A DNA stretch of 64,000 bases from an uncultured Gammaproteobacteria bacterium (lineage in GTDB: Bacteria; Pseudomonadota; Gammaproteobacteria; Pseudomonadales; Pseudohongiellaceae). Positions 38,437 to 47,745 of this stretch are shown piece after piece; position 1 is the first letter of the stretch, and every line of letters begins with the position of its first letter. The notes under the pieces were generated by a model. It was not told the DNA's origin. It saw only the letters and a program-made list of their open reading frames with translations, and searched no databases. The translations under genes were made by a program, and so were the position numbers. The stretch is from contig CAJXVC010000013.1 of the NCBI GenBank assembly GCA_913060975.1, positions 1,536-65,535 of the forward strand, in the 5' to 3' direction.

Positions 38437-40155
38437 ATGAAAACAACAATAATCCGCAGCACCTTCACTGTATTACTGCCTTTGCTGACCCTCGCGGCGA
38501 TGCCCTTTCAAGCTCAAGCACAGGTCAACAACTACACTTCCGTTACCGATGCCCGCCTGAACAATCCCGAGCCGGAGAACTGGCTCAGTTATCGCGGCAA
38601 TCTGGAAGGCTGGGGCTACAGTAGTCTGGATGAAATCAATGCCGACAATGTGAGCGAGCTGCAACCGGTATGGACCTATTCCACGGGCGTGGTTGGCGGC
38701 CATGAGTCGCCGCCGATTGTGAATAACGGCGTGATGTTTATCACCACGCCTGCCAACGAGCTATTGGCAATCGATGCGGCCAGTGGTGATGCGCTATGGA
38801 GCTATCGCCATAACCTGCCGGACAATCTCGTGGCCTTTCATCGCACCAATCGCGGCGTCGCGCTCTATGGTGACAGAGTCTTTATGGCGACGCTGGACGC
38901 GCGTGTTGTCGCGCTCGATGCCAGCACCGGCGAGAAGCTTTGGGATGTCTCTGTGCAGGACAATGCCTGGGGCTATTACATCACCATGGCGCCGCTGGCT
39001 GTTGAAGGCAAGGTGATGGTGGGCGCCTCTGGCGGCGAGCTGGGTATACGCGGCTTTGTCGTAGCGCTGGATACCGAGACCGGCGTGGAAGCCTGGCGCA
39101 CGTATACCGTGCCAGCACCGGGCGAGCCCGGCAACGATAGTTGGCCCGGCGAGTCCTGGCGCACTGGTGGTGCCGCTGTGTGGGTGCCGGGGCATTACGA
39201 TGCTGAACGCCGGCTGACCTATTGGGGCACTGGCAATCCCGGCCCGTGGGTTGGCGACCAACGCCCTGGCGATAATCTCTATACCAATTCGGTGCTCGCG
39301 CTCGATATCGATACCGGTGCCATTGCCAGCCATCATCAATATCACTGGAACGGCTCCTGGGACTGGGATGAGGTCTCGACGCCGATTCTCATGCCGGTAG
39401 AGCGCGACGGGCGGCAGATTGACGGCCTCGTGCACGCTGGCCGCAATGGCTATTTGTGGTTGCTGGAACGCGACGGGCGCGACATTAATTTCGTCGATGC
39501 CCAGCCTTATGTTTTTCAGGATGTCTTTACGGCTATCGACCCGGTGAGTGGCAGACCAACCTACAATCCAGAGCGTAAACCCACCACGGGCAGCACGACT
39601 TCTTTCTGCCCCTCATTATGGGGTGGCAAGGACTGGCCGCCGGCCGCTTACAACCCCGGTACTGGCCTGGTTTATATCCCTGCCAATGAAAACACCTGCG
39701 GCACTCTTGAGGGCCGAGAAGTCACCTACATGCCCGGCAGCGCCTACATAGGTGCCAGGTCTACCATGGAGCTTCTGCCCGGATCAGATCACATCGGCGA
39801 GATTCAAGCCTGGGATATTAATACCGGCGAGCGAGTCTGGACCCGTGAGTTCGCAACCAGCAACTGGGGCGGTATTTTGACCACGGCGGGCGATCTTGTT
39901 TTTAGTGGCGGCACCAGTGATCGCTTTTTCCGTGCGCACGATGCCAATACTGGTGAGGAGTTGTGGCGCTTTCGCACCAACTCAGGCGTGATCGGTGTGC
40001 CATCCACTTTTTCGGTTGACGGCAAACAGTATATCGCCGTGCAATCCGGCTGGGGTGTGGATGCAGCGTCAATGACGGCGCGTATCGATATGCAACGAGG
40101 CACGCGCACACCGGTGCCACAAGGCGGGGTTGTCTGGGTGTTTGCCGTGCCATAA
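38437..40155 (+). CDS. PQQ-dependent dehydrogenase, methanol/ethanol (quinoprotein ADH) family, periplasmic
   Basis: Signal peptide, then an 8-bladed propeller pattern (NWLSYRGNLEGWGYSSLDEINADNV, repeated W-motifs, GVIGVPSTFSVDGKQYIAV). AGGAGG Shine-Dalgarno before ATG 38437. No vicinal Cys-Cys pair. Confidence 0.75.
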   Translation: MKTTIIRSTFTVLLPLLTLAAMPFQAQAQVNNYTSVTDARLNNPEPENWLSYRGNLEGWGYSSLDEINADNVSELQPVWTYSTGVVGGHESPPIVNNGVMFITTPANELLAIDAASGDALWSYRHNLPDNLVAFHRTNRGVALYGDRVFMATLDARVVALDASTGEKLWDVSVQDNAWGYYITMAPLAVEGKVMVGASGGELGIRGFVVALDTETGVEAWRTYTVPAPGEPGNDSWPGESWRTGGAAVWVPGHYDAERRLTYWGTGNPGPWVGDQRPGDNLYTNSVLALDIDTGAIASHHQYHWNGSWDWDEVSTPILMPVERDGRQIDGLVHAGRNGYLWLLERDGRDINFVDAQPYVFQDVFTAIDPVSGRPTYNPERKPTTGSTTSFCPSLWGGKDWPPAAYNPGTGLVYIPANENTCGTLEGREVTYMPGSAYIGARSTMELLPGSDHIGEIQAWDINTGERVWTREFATSNWGGILTTAGDLVFSGGTSDRFFRAHDANTGEELWRFRTNSGVIGVPSTFSVDGKQYIAVQSGWGVDAASMTARIDMQRGTRTPVPQGGVVWVFAVP

Positions 40156-40210
40156 AGAGCACTGAGGTAACAGCTATCTACTACCAGCTACACGCTAGAA
40201 CAATACAATA

Positions 40211-40246
40211 AAAAAGGGTCGCCCCATTACAGGGTGACCCTTTTTC
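40211..40246. terminator. Bidirectional terminator between the convergent PQQ dehydrogenase genes
   Basis: AAAAAAGGGTCGCCC-loop-GGGTGACCCTTTTT. Confidence 0.75.
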
Positions 40247-40318
40247 GTTTTCGCTATTTGCTTTATTCGCGTGCGTTAATGGCCTCTTTATACAGAAGCC
40301 ATTAACTCAGCGGTGTGC

Positions 40319-42373
40319 CTAGTGGCCATCACCGGTAGCCATCGCTGCTGGTAATGCCATCGCTGTTAGCTTGGCACCAGTTTGCAGGATGATGTACTGG
40401 TGACCTTCGTGTACCCAGGAGCTCATGCCATAACGTGTTGTGGCAGGCACTTCGATACGACCCAGTTCTTCACCAGTCTGCTTGTCCACGGCATACAACA
40501 AAGGTGTGTTGTCGTGGTCTACGCTGGCGTAAACCAGCATGTTGGCAGTCGTGACCATGGAAGGCGCACTACCACTACCAGTGTCACCAACATCCACGCC
40601 TTCTACAGCAGGGTTGTTGCGCACGCGGTCTGGTGTTTCACCGGCTGGAATACGGAAAGCGATCTCACCCGTATTCATGTTGTAGGCAGTGATGCTGCTG
40701 TACAGCGGCTTCACATAAGGCAGACCAGAACTCAGACGCGGTGGACGCGTACGTGGGCCGTTGGCATAGGCTGCAAACGTGGTACCCGTTGGCTCGTCAA
40801 TAAACGTGTCGGCTTCTTCACCCGGCATTACTTGCTGCCAGCTACATGCATTCGCGGAAGCGACATACAGGAAACCCGATGTTGGGTCGGCAGTGGGTGG
40901 CGCATAGATGTTGGCACCGCCGCCGTCGCCCGGACACATGGCCGAAGAGATCTTGCCTGCTGCATTGGTGTCGTGAATCGGCGGGTTAAACAACGGTCCC
41001 ATTTGGTAGCTAGCCATAACTTCCAGCGCTTCACGACGCAGCTCAGGCGTGAAGTCGATCAAGTCGTCTTCAGTCAGACCTTGCATCTCGAAGGGTGGTG
41101 GCTTGGTTGGGAAGGGCTGCGTCGTCGCCAGTTTCTCACCGGGTACGTTGGAAGCCGGAACTTCACGCATTTCCATCGGCCAGATTGGCTCACCAGTCAT
41201 TCGATTAAAGGTATAAACAAACCCTTGCTTGGTCACTTCAGCCACTGCTGGAATGACACCGCGACCGGGAATGTTCAAATCAAGCATCACCGGTGGTGAC
41301 GGATTATCGTAGTTCCACACATCATGCTTCACAGTCTGGTAGTGCCAGATGCGCTCACCAGTTTCAGTATTCAGCGCAATAACACTGGTACCAAACAGAT
41401 TGTCACCAGGACGGAAGCCGCCGTAGTAATCGATCGTCGGTGGGTTGGTTGGAATGTAAACGATGTTGTTTTCCGGATCAGCAGTCAGCGGGGCCCATGA
41501 AGAGACATCGCCAGTCCACTGCCACGCGTCGTTTTCCCAAGTCTCATGGCCGTACTCGCCTGGACGTGGGATGACGTTGAATTTCCATTTGAAGGCACCG
41601 GTGTTCTTGTCATAGGCAAGAATATCGCCCGGTACATTCTCGACACGTGCTTGCAAGTAGCCCTGCTCGGCAGAGTTACCAACAATAACCGTGTCATTCA
41701 CCACGATGGGTGGTGAAGAGGTTGTGATGTAACCAGTCTCCAGCGGGATGCCTTCGTAGACATCGTAGGGATGACCCAGGTCGGCCAGCATGTCGACCAC
41801 ACCTGTTTCCGGGAAACCGTCTACCGGAATCTGACCACCGAAGCCTTCCAGCGGCGAGCCGGTTTCAGCATCCAGTGCGACCAGGAAGAAGCCCGGAGTG
41901 GAGATATAGACTACGCCCTTGCCGTTAATACGGTCGTAGGCGATGCCTTTACCATAGGAAGCGCGCATGGAGTATTCCCAGCGGCCGGTATTTGGCAGCC
42001 GGTAAGACCACATCGTCTCACCTGTTTTGGGGTCAATAGCAACCACATTACGTCGGGGACCCGACACAGTGAACAACTTGCCATCAACATAAGTTGGCGT
42101 AGAACGGCCGGAATAGCCACCGAAGCTGGAGCCATCCCATTCCCAGGCGACATCCAGTTCTTCGAAGTTGTCTGCTGTGATTTCGTCGGCAGACGTATAG
42201 CGTGTATGGGCATAGTCACCGCCGAGGGTATACCACTCGACAGTGTCGTCATTGACGACGTTCTGACTCAAGACAGCCTGCGGGAGCGCTAACAGCAGCC
42301 CCAGAGAGCACAGCTTGGGCAGCCTGCTTAAAATCTTTCCGGGTACTAACGGAAAATGCGATTTCATTTTCAT
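40319..42373 (-). CDS. PQQ-dependent dehydrogenase family protein (684 aa, periplasmic beta-propeller)
   Basis: Signal peptide. EWYTLGGDYAHTRYTSADEITADNFEELDVAW and repeated propeller W-motifs. No vicinal Cys-Cys pair. Confidence 0.65.
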   Translation of the reverse strand: MKMKSHFPLVPGKILSRLPKLCSLGLLLALPQAVLSQNVVNDDTVEWYTLGGDYAHTRYTSADEITADNFEELDVAWEWDGSSFGGYSGRSTPTYVDGKLFTVSGPRRNVVAIDPKTGETMWSYRLPNTGRWEYSMRASYGKGIAYDRINGKGVVYISTPGFFLVALDAETGSPLEGFGGQIPVDGFPETGVVDMLADLGHPYDVYEGIPLETGYITTSSPPIVVNDTVIVGNSAEQGYLQARVENVPGDILAYDKNTGAFKWKFNVIPRPGEYGHETWENDAWQWTGDVSSWAPLTADPENNIVYIPTNPPTIDYYGGFRPGDNLFGTSVIALNTETGERIWHYQTVKHDVWNYDNPSPPVMLDLNIPGRGVIPAVAEVTKQGFVYTFNRMTGEPIWPMEMREVPASNVPGEKLATTQPFPTKPPPFEMQGLTEDDLIDFTPELRREALEVMASYQMGPLFNPPIHDTNAAGKISSAMCPGDGGGANIYAPPTADPTSGFLYVASANACSWQQVMPGEEADTFIDEPTGTTFAAYANGPRTRPPRLSSGLPYVKPLYSSITAYNMNTGEIAFRIPAGETPDRVRNNPAVEGVDVGDTGSGSAPSMVTTANMLVYASVDHDNTPLLYAVDKQTGEELGRIEVPATTRYGMSSWVHEGHQYIILQTGAKLTAMALPAAMATGDGH

Positions 42374-42740
42374 TACCTCTTGTTCGAATTAAATAGTTTA
42401 GATAGGGGTTTTATAATGTCTTTAATGTCGATGGACCGCATAATACGGTTTTTCGCAGCAAATTTCCTCTTAATCTACCTACATTATCGGTCTACCCGAC
42501 ACATGCTGTGGGCCGGAAATGCTGGCTTGGCGCCAATTGGGCAAAAAACCGCCTGGCATCAGTAACCTGTGATCGCTGATCCACAGTATCCAGCAGTCAC
42601 ACCCACGCACCTCCCACCCGCTTTTGGGGGCGCCGCCATGCTGCCAATAGCGTCGCTTTCCAGTGTGCTTAATGCGACACTGCTGCAAAAATCAGGTGTC
42701 TTGCAGGATGCAAGATACTGCGACCACTACCGGGGGAATC

Positions 42741-43169
42741 ATGACCACACTGCATCAGAATTTTCAAAACCTGAACGTCACTATCGGACGCATCCTGCTT
42801 GGCATCTATTTCATATTGCCCGGTATTAACAAGATCACCAATTTTGATGGCAACAGCACCTACATGGCCGAGCATGGCATGGTCATGATTCCGCTGTTTC
42901 TGGTGCTCACTATTATTCTGCAGGTAGGTGGTGGATTTGCCATGGTGGCAGGGTTTCAAACCAAATTAATTGCGTTTCTGTTGGCCGGGCTAACATTGGT
43001 TATTAGTTTGGTCATGCATGATTTCTGGACCATGGAGCCCAGTGCACAAACCAGTCACGAGACACAAAATTTTGTGAAGAATCTGGCGATCATGGCCGGC
43101 CTCATGATTGCCGCCGGACTCGGTGGCGGCCCATGGAGTGTGGATAACAAGCTCGCCAACAGAGACTAG
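42741..43169 (+). CDS. DoxX-family membrane protein
   Basis: Start at MTTLHQNF. GRILLGIYFILPGINK and four TM helices are typical of DoxX. Confidence 0.7.
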   Translation: MTTLHQNFQNLNVTIGRILLGIYFILPGINKITNFDGNSTYMAEHGMVMIPLFLVLTIILQVGGGFAMVAGFQTKLIAFLLAGLTLVISLVMHDFWTMEPSAQTSHETQNFVKNLAIMAGLMIAAGLGGGPWSVDNKLANRD

Positions 43170-43428
43170 TTGCAAGATGAGTTCTTGCTGATAATGGTGA
43201 AGATATCTACCGGATTGCGGACGATCGCTTTAGAAGGTCGAGCGGCAGATACGCCGCCTGATGAAAAGCTCGCCCGCTTTCCATAAATTCCATTCAAGTC
43301 CTGAATCGATGCCTACGTAGATGTACGCATCGAGCCGCAATAAACCCACCGAATTGCGGGTTTTGTGCTCGCTATAGCTCACATTTCGCCGCGCAACTTG
43401 AACTAATGGTTTGCAATCTTTCCCCGCT

Positions 43429-44265
43429 ATGGTAATTTTCAACGCGATGGAAATGCTGTCCCACTCCTACAAAAAGCTCACCTCCCTGATTACCAGTGAC
43501 TGTCCAAACCTTGCAGTTTGTAAAGCTGCCGCGTTTGCCATTCTGCTGGCGGGTTCGCTCAAATTTCTTTTAGGCTACACCGCCGCCCCGCCTGATTTCA
43601 CTCAGTTCGATGCCGGAGAAGAGCGCAAACAAGCTTTTTTAGACTATTTTCTGCCAATCATTCAACAACAGAATCGGGAATTGCTCACGCAACGAGCAGA
43701 GCTTCTTGACATGCACCAAGAGAAGGGTCAGTTATCTTTTTTAGAAAGATACAAGGTTTCCAACCTCGCTGAAACTTATGAAGTCGAAGAGTTCGATTTC
43801 GATGAAGAGTCCGACTGGCAAACGCTTATCCGCCGCGTGGACATTGTTCCACCATCGTTGGCATTGGCACAAGCGGCCAACGAGAGCGCCTGGGGAACAT
43901 CGCGTTTTGCTGAACAAGGCAATAACTATTACGGCCAATGGTGTTTTGTCGAAGGTTGCGGCATCGTGCCCAATCAGCGACCGGCCGGAGAGTCATATGA
44001 AGTCGCAGACTTTTCGTCAGCCGAAGAATCAGTCGAGTATTACTTACGTAATATCAATCATCACCCGGCCTACAGCCAATTGCGCCAGACTCGCGAGCAA
44101 TTGCGTAACAGCGACGCGACAGTCAGCGGCCTGCAACTGGTCAACGGATTAACCAATTACTCTGAACGTGGCGAGGAATATGTTTCCGAATTGCGCAACA
44201 TGATTCAGTTTAATGATCTGGCTCAGCTGGATGGTTCTGACAATCCGGGCTACGCAGTCAATTAA
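43429..44265 (+). CDS. Bax-type protein with a glucosaminidase (FlgJ-like) domain
   Basis: VPPSLALAQAANESAWGTSRFAEQGNNYYGQWCF is a mannosyl-glycoprotein endo-beta-N-acetylglucosaminidase motif. The start is ambiguous (TTG 43411, ATG 43429/43447/43453). Confidence 0.7.
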   Translation: MVIFNAMEMLSHSYKKLTSLITSDCPNLAVCKAAAFAILLAGSLKFLLGYTAAPPDFTQFDAGEERKQAFLDYFLPIIQQQNRELLTQRAELLDMHQEKGQLSFLERYKVSNLAETYEVEEFDFDEESDWQTLIRRVDIVPPSLALAQAANESAWGTSRFAEQGNNYYGQWCFVEGCGIVPNQRPAGESYEVADFSSAEESVEYYLRNINHHPAYSQLRQTREQLRNSDATVSGLQLVNGLTNYSERGEEYVSELRNMIQFNDLAQLDGSDNPGYAVN

Positions 44266-44473
44266 ATAGTCATCTCATCAGACGTCTCGCCAGTAACTAC
44301 TTCGCTTATCTCTTTCGCGCCTTACGTTTCAGTCCGGCTAACTTGCCATCTCAGCTGACTCGCTTTTTTGGCCACTCCTCAAGCAAGTGCTTTTCAGTTC
44401 GCTGAATCTGCACCTGTACTTCCTGCCAATATAGCCAACCGCCGAACCACTATCTGGCTGATATGCGCCACAC

Positions 44474-44508
44474 AATAAAAAAGCCCGGCTACAGGGTAGT
44501 CGGGCTTT
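44474..44508 (-). terminator. Rho-independent terminator downstream of the small Lys/Ala-rich ORF
   Basis: On the minus strand: AAGCCCGACTACCCTGTAGCCGGGCTT followed by TTTTATT. Confidence 0.65.
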
Positions 44509-44580
44509 GTCTAATTCAGCGCAGCTGCATAGCCGCTGAGTTCGGCAACAAACCAGGCCGTTTCCGGCCCCTACTGCTAC

Positions 44581-44673
44581 TTACTTCTTGCCTGATTTGG
44601 CTTTCACTGCTGGCTTGGCGGCAGGCTTGGCTTTGGCTGCTGAAGTAGCGGGTTTCGCTGTTGCTTTTTTCAT
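44581..44673 (-). CDS. 30-aa Lys/Ala/Pro-rich basic peptide (histone-H1-tail-like)
   Basis: My translation: MKKATAKPATSAAKAKPAAKPAVKAKSGKK*. GGAG lies 9 nt upstream of the ATG and a terminator lies downstream. Too short for the ORF track. Confidence 0.45.
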   Translation of the reverse strand: MKKATAKPATSAAKAKPAAKPAVKAKSGKK

Positions 44674-44766
44674 TGCGTCATTCTCCAAAAGTGCCCCACC
44701 CAATGTGGTGACAGGAAAATAATATGCCTAATTTTGGACTACGCAATAGTTTGCAAAAAATATTTT

Positions 44767-45756
44767 TCAGGCTGGTTGGGCAGACTTTTTACGCACGACT
44801 ATCAGTGTGAAGTCACTACTGATTTCACCCTGCTCGAGCAGCTCCCGCTCCTGCCTGATCAGGTCGCGCAAAATCGCTTTACCCTCTTCATCGGCTTCCA
44901 GATTGCCGGCAATATTATCGAGTACCAGATGCAATAAGGTGCCGCCAAAATCGCGCTGCTCAACCAGATCAAAGTGGGTATTTAGCAGTGGCAGGATATC
45001 CTGTGAACAGATCGCTTCGGTAGGATCGTAGGCATTCATTGCCGCAATGGTTGGCCGCTCGATTGACTGCTTAAAGCCTTCTTCCCTGATGCAGTACCGG
45101 TATTGCTCCGGAATTGACTCCAGCATGTCATTTGCAAGGCGCAGTTGTTTATCGGTCCACTGGAACTGATTGGGCCCGACAAATTCATTGACGATAAACA
45201 AGCCGCCTTCTTTGAGCGAGTTACTTACCTGCTGCATGTAAAATTCAAGCGCCTCGATATGATGTACCGACTGCGATGCGAACACCGCGTCATAAGTGTC
45301 TGGCGGCAATACCAGTTCATTGAGATTGGCCACCTGGTAATCAATCTTGTCCGCCAGATCGACCTTGGTCGCTTCTTCAATGGCAATGTCGACTGCCCCG
45401 GCAGAGACATCGAAAGCATCGAAGTGGGTGCAGATACCCAGTTGTAAGCCGTGTCGTTCGAGCCCGCCACCACCGCAACCAAGACTGAGACAGCGATTCA
45501 CGGGTTCAGGGAAATAATTAACAGCGACGGCTTCGAGCCAGCCCCGATCGGGCTTGCCTGAAACCAGCGGATTAATATGTTCATTGATGACCAGTGGCGA
45601 TTCAGCCCAGGAACTTGGCAGCGTGGCATCGCGCTGCTGTCTGGCTCTCGCTGCCCAGTGCTCGCTGGCCAGCGCAAGATCTGGTTCGCTATTCGTCTGC
45701 GCTGGTACGCTGCGGCGAGCGAACAACTTGTGTTTGAATCTCTGCAATAACGTCAC
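44767..45756 (-). CDS. Class I SAM-dependent methyltransferase
   Basis: 329 aa. Motif I CLSLGCGGGGLERH, post-I FDAFDVS, then YDAVFASQSVHHI. Confidence 0.7.
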   Translation of the reverse strand: MTLLQRFKHKLFARRSVPAQTNSEPDLALASEHWAARARQQRDATLPSSWAESPLVINEHINPLVSGKPDRGWLEAVAVNYFPEPVNRCLSLGCGGGGLERHGLQLGICTHFDAFDVSAGAVDIAIEEATKVDLADKIDYQVANLNELVLPPDTYDAVFASQSVHHIEALEFYMQQVSNSLKEGGLFIVNEFVGPNQFQWTDKQLRLANDMLESIPEQYRYCIREEGFKQSIERPTIAAMNAYDPTEAICSQDILPLLNTHFDLVEQRDFGGTLLHLVLDNIAGNLEADEEGKAILRDLIRQERELLEQGEISSDFTLIVVRKKSAQPA

Positions 45757-46159
45757 GGTTCAACGACTCCTTTCATTGCGGAATGTCTGTGCTGTGACAG
45801 GTTGAGACTGCTTTGGACCTGCCTCGAGCACCGCCATCCTGATTTGTTTAGTCCCTTAAATGGCATTTTTTGGCGCCGTGTCTGGCCACTGGCACCGTGG
45901 CAATTGTGTGGATACCTGCAGTACATGCAATCTGCTTGTTTGGTGGCGGTGCGCCAGTCACTGACAGGAGACTACGCTGATGCTCAGACAATGCCAAGTG
46001 ACCTCGGCCTGAGCTGCTGGAACCTGGGATCTGATAATGCAGATCTAATAGTGGAGAACTGATAGTGGGAGCCGGGGTGTGAACAACGCAACTCTGTTCT
46101 GTCTTTGCCAAACTGACGTGCTGGGTCAGTCGTGACTCAGCGCCAACCGGGTTAGCCGC

Positions 46160-47737
46160 TCAGATTAGCCCTGCTGCGGCAAAGCGTGCTTGCAAAGGTT
46201 CGAGCAGCGTTTTCGCGCGCCGCCAGGAACCGATTGACGCCGTGTGCACAGGTTGGCGAACCTGCATGGCGCTCGCGGTCAGCGCCGCGTCTTTGCGACG
46301 ATGGAAATCGAGTACAGCAGACTCCCAGGGCAGTCCGCACCATTCAATAATCCGCCGTGCCTGATTCTCCGGATCGCGGACCAGGTCTTCATAGTGTACA
46401 TCCAGAATCCTGCCCGGCATTACGGTACGCCAATGCGCCATATGCTGGTGGTAACTGATGTAATAACTGGCCAGTTCATCGAGATCATATGAAAAGCTGT
46501 AGGCTCCGAAGAACAAAGTCTTGTAGATCGCATAGCAAGTATCGAGGGGATCGCGTACCAGATGAATCAGCCTGGCATTGGGCAGTGCCGCGAGAATATA
46601 GCCACAATAGAGAAAATTAAACGGTAGTTTGTCGACGAAAACCGAAGCCTCGCCAGCCAGATCTCGCGCAGCCGTGCAGTAAGCCTGACCGAGTTCCGCG
46701 AAATCGATATGCAGTGCAGCCTCAGAAGGTGAACTGTTTGCATTGCGTTCTAATTGTGCCTGCAGTCTCTGCCCATAGAGCCGTGGAAACTCTGTGAATT
46801 CGCCGATGGACACCGCCTGACTGTGAGTCGCAATAATCCGCTCTGCCAGAGTAGTGCCAGTACGCGGCATACCGACGACGAAAATTGGCTGCTCTTGACT
46901 GAAACCCGACGGCAGTTCCGCGAAACGTGCTTGGTTAAACGTGTTGCGGATCTCTTCGTGAGCCGCTAACTCGGGACCCAGGTCATAGCGCAGGGTGCTC
47001 CGATAAGCTCGCGCGCCAGCTTCGAGTGCAAGCACAGATTCCTCGTAATTACCCAGATCTTCCAACTCCTTGGCCAACGCATAGTTTGCGGCGGCGAGCA
47101 CTTGCGGTTGCTCCGGACCCTTGGCCAATGTTTGCTGCAAGTCGCCGATGTGATTGCGTTCTGCTGACTGGGTGCGTAACGCTGAACGCAAATGCAAGGC
47201 ACCGGCATGATAGGGAGCCTTCTGCAGAAGCGCAGCAAGGTGACCTTCACCTGCATCTGGCTCGTTCAGGTGATACTCCGCCATGGCGACGTCATACAGC
47301 AAGCCCACATGCTCGGGAGCCAACTGCAAGGCTTGCAGTAGTAGTTTGTGAGCTTGCTCCATCTGCTGACAGTCACGCATTATGCTGGCCAGCATACGCA
47401 TCAATTCCGGATTTCCCGCGACACCTTCCCGTGCAGTCTCGGCCAGTTGCATCGCTTCAGCGCGACGCGCATCGGCAAATGCCAGTCGCGCCTTGTAGAG
47501 AATGACCCTGACATAGTCCGGCGCTGATTCCGGCACTGCCTCCAGGCTGGACGCAGCAGCGGCTACATCGCCGCTCATCATTGCGGTATCGGCAGCAAAC
47601 AGGCGCACTGCTATCTGCTCAGGAAAGCGCTCGATCAGCAGCTCCACCAGACGTTGAGCTTGCTCGAGCTGACCTGATTGCAGCAATTGACTGCCTTGAT
47701 TCAGGGCCTGTTGAAGTGTTGGTTGCTGTTGCGTCAT
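46160..47737 (-). CDS. TPR-repeat protein fused to a sulfotransferase domain
   Basis: 525 aa. The N-terminal ~250 aa is TPR-like. The C-terminal domain has a PAPS 5'-phosphosulfate loop FVVGMPRTGTTLAERI and a later RDPLDTCYA segment. Confidence 0.7.
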   Translation of the reverse strand: MTQQQPTLQQALNQGSQLLQSGQLEQAQRLVELLIERFPEQIAVRLFAADTAMMSGDVAAAASSLEAVPESAPDYVRVILYKARLAFADARRAEAMQLAETAREGVAGNPELMRMLASIMRDCQQMEQAHKLLLQALQLAPEHVGLLYDVAMAEYHLNEPDAGEGHLAALLQKAPYHAGALHLRSALRTQSAERNHIGDLQQTLAKGPEQPQVLAAANYALAKELEDLGNYEESVLALEAGARAYRSTLRYDLGPELAAHEEIRNTFNQARFAELPSGFSQEQPIFVVGMPRTGTTLAERIIATHSQAVSIGEFTEFPRLYGQRLQAQLERNANSSPSEAALHIDFAELGQAYCTAARDLAGEASVFVDKLPFNFLYCGYILAALPNARLIHLVRDPLDTCYAIYKTLFFGAYSFSYDLDELASYYISYHQHMAHWRTVMPGRILDVHYEDLVRDPENQARRIIEWCGLPWESAVLDFHRRKDAALTASAMQVRQPVHTASIGSWRRAKTLLEPLQARFAAAGLI

Positions 47738-47745
47738 GGCTGTCT

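Noticed and set aside
38437-40155. Attempt to classify the quinoprotein as calcium- or lanthanide-dependent (XoxF-like)
   Set aside because: I could not align the metal-ligand region reliably by eye, so any call would be a guess.
40382-41299. 305-aa plus-strand ORF
   Set aside because: It is antisense to the 684-aa PQQ dehydrogenase, and its Arg/Val/His-rich composition is typical of a GC-rich antisense frame.
43230-43442. 70-aa minus-strand ORF between the DoxX and Bax genes
   Set aside because: No ribosome-binding site, no motif, and it overlaps the probable Bax promoter and start. Not supportable.
45757-46159. 86-87-aa ORFs on both strands in the 400-bp gap between the sulfotransferase and methyltransferase genes
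   Set aside because: They mutually overlap on opposite strands and have low-information sequence with no start context. The gap is treated as non-coding.
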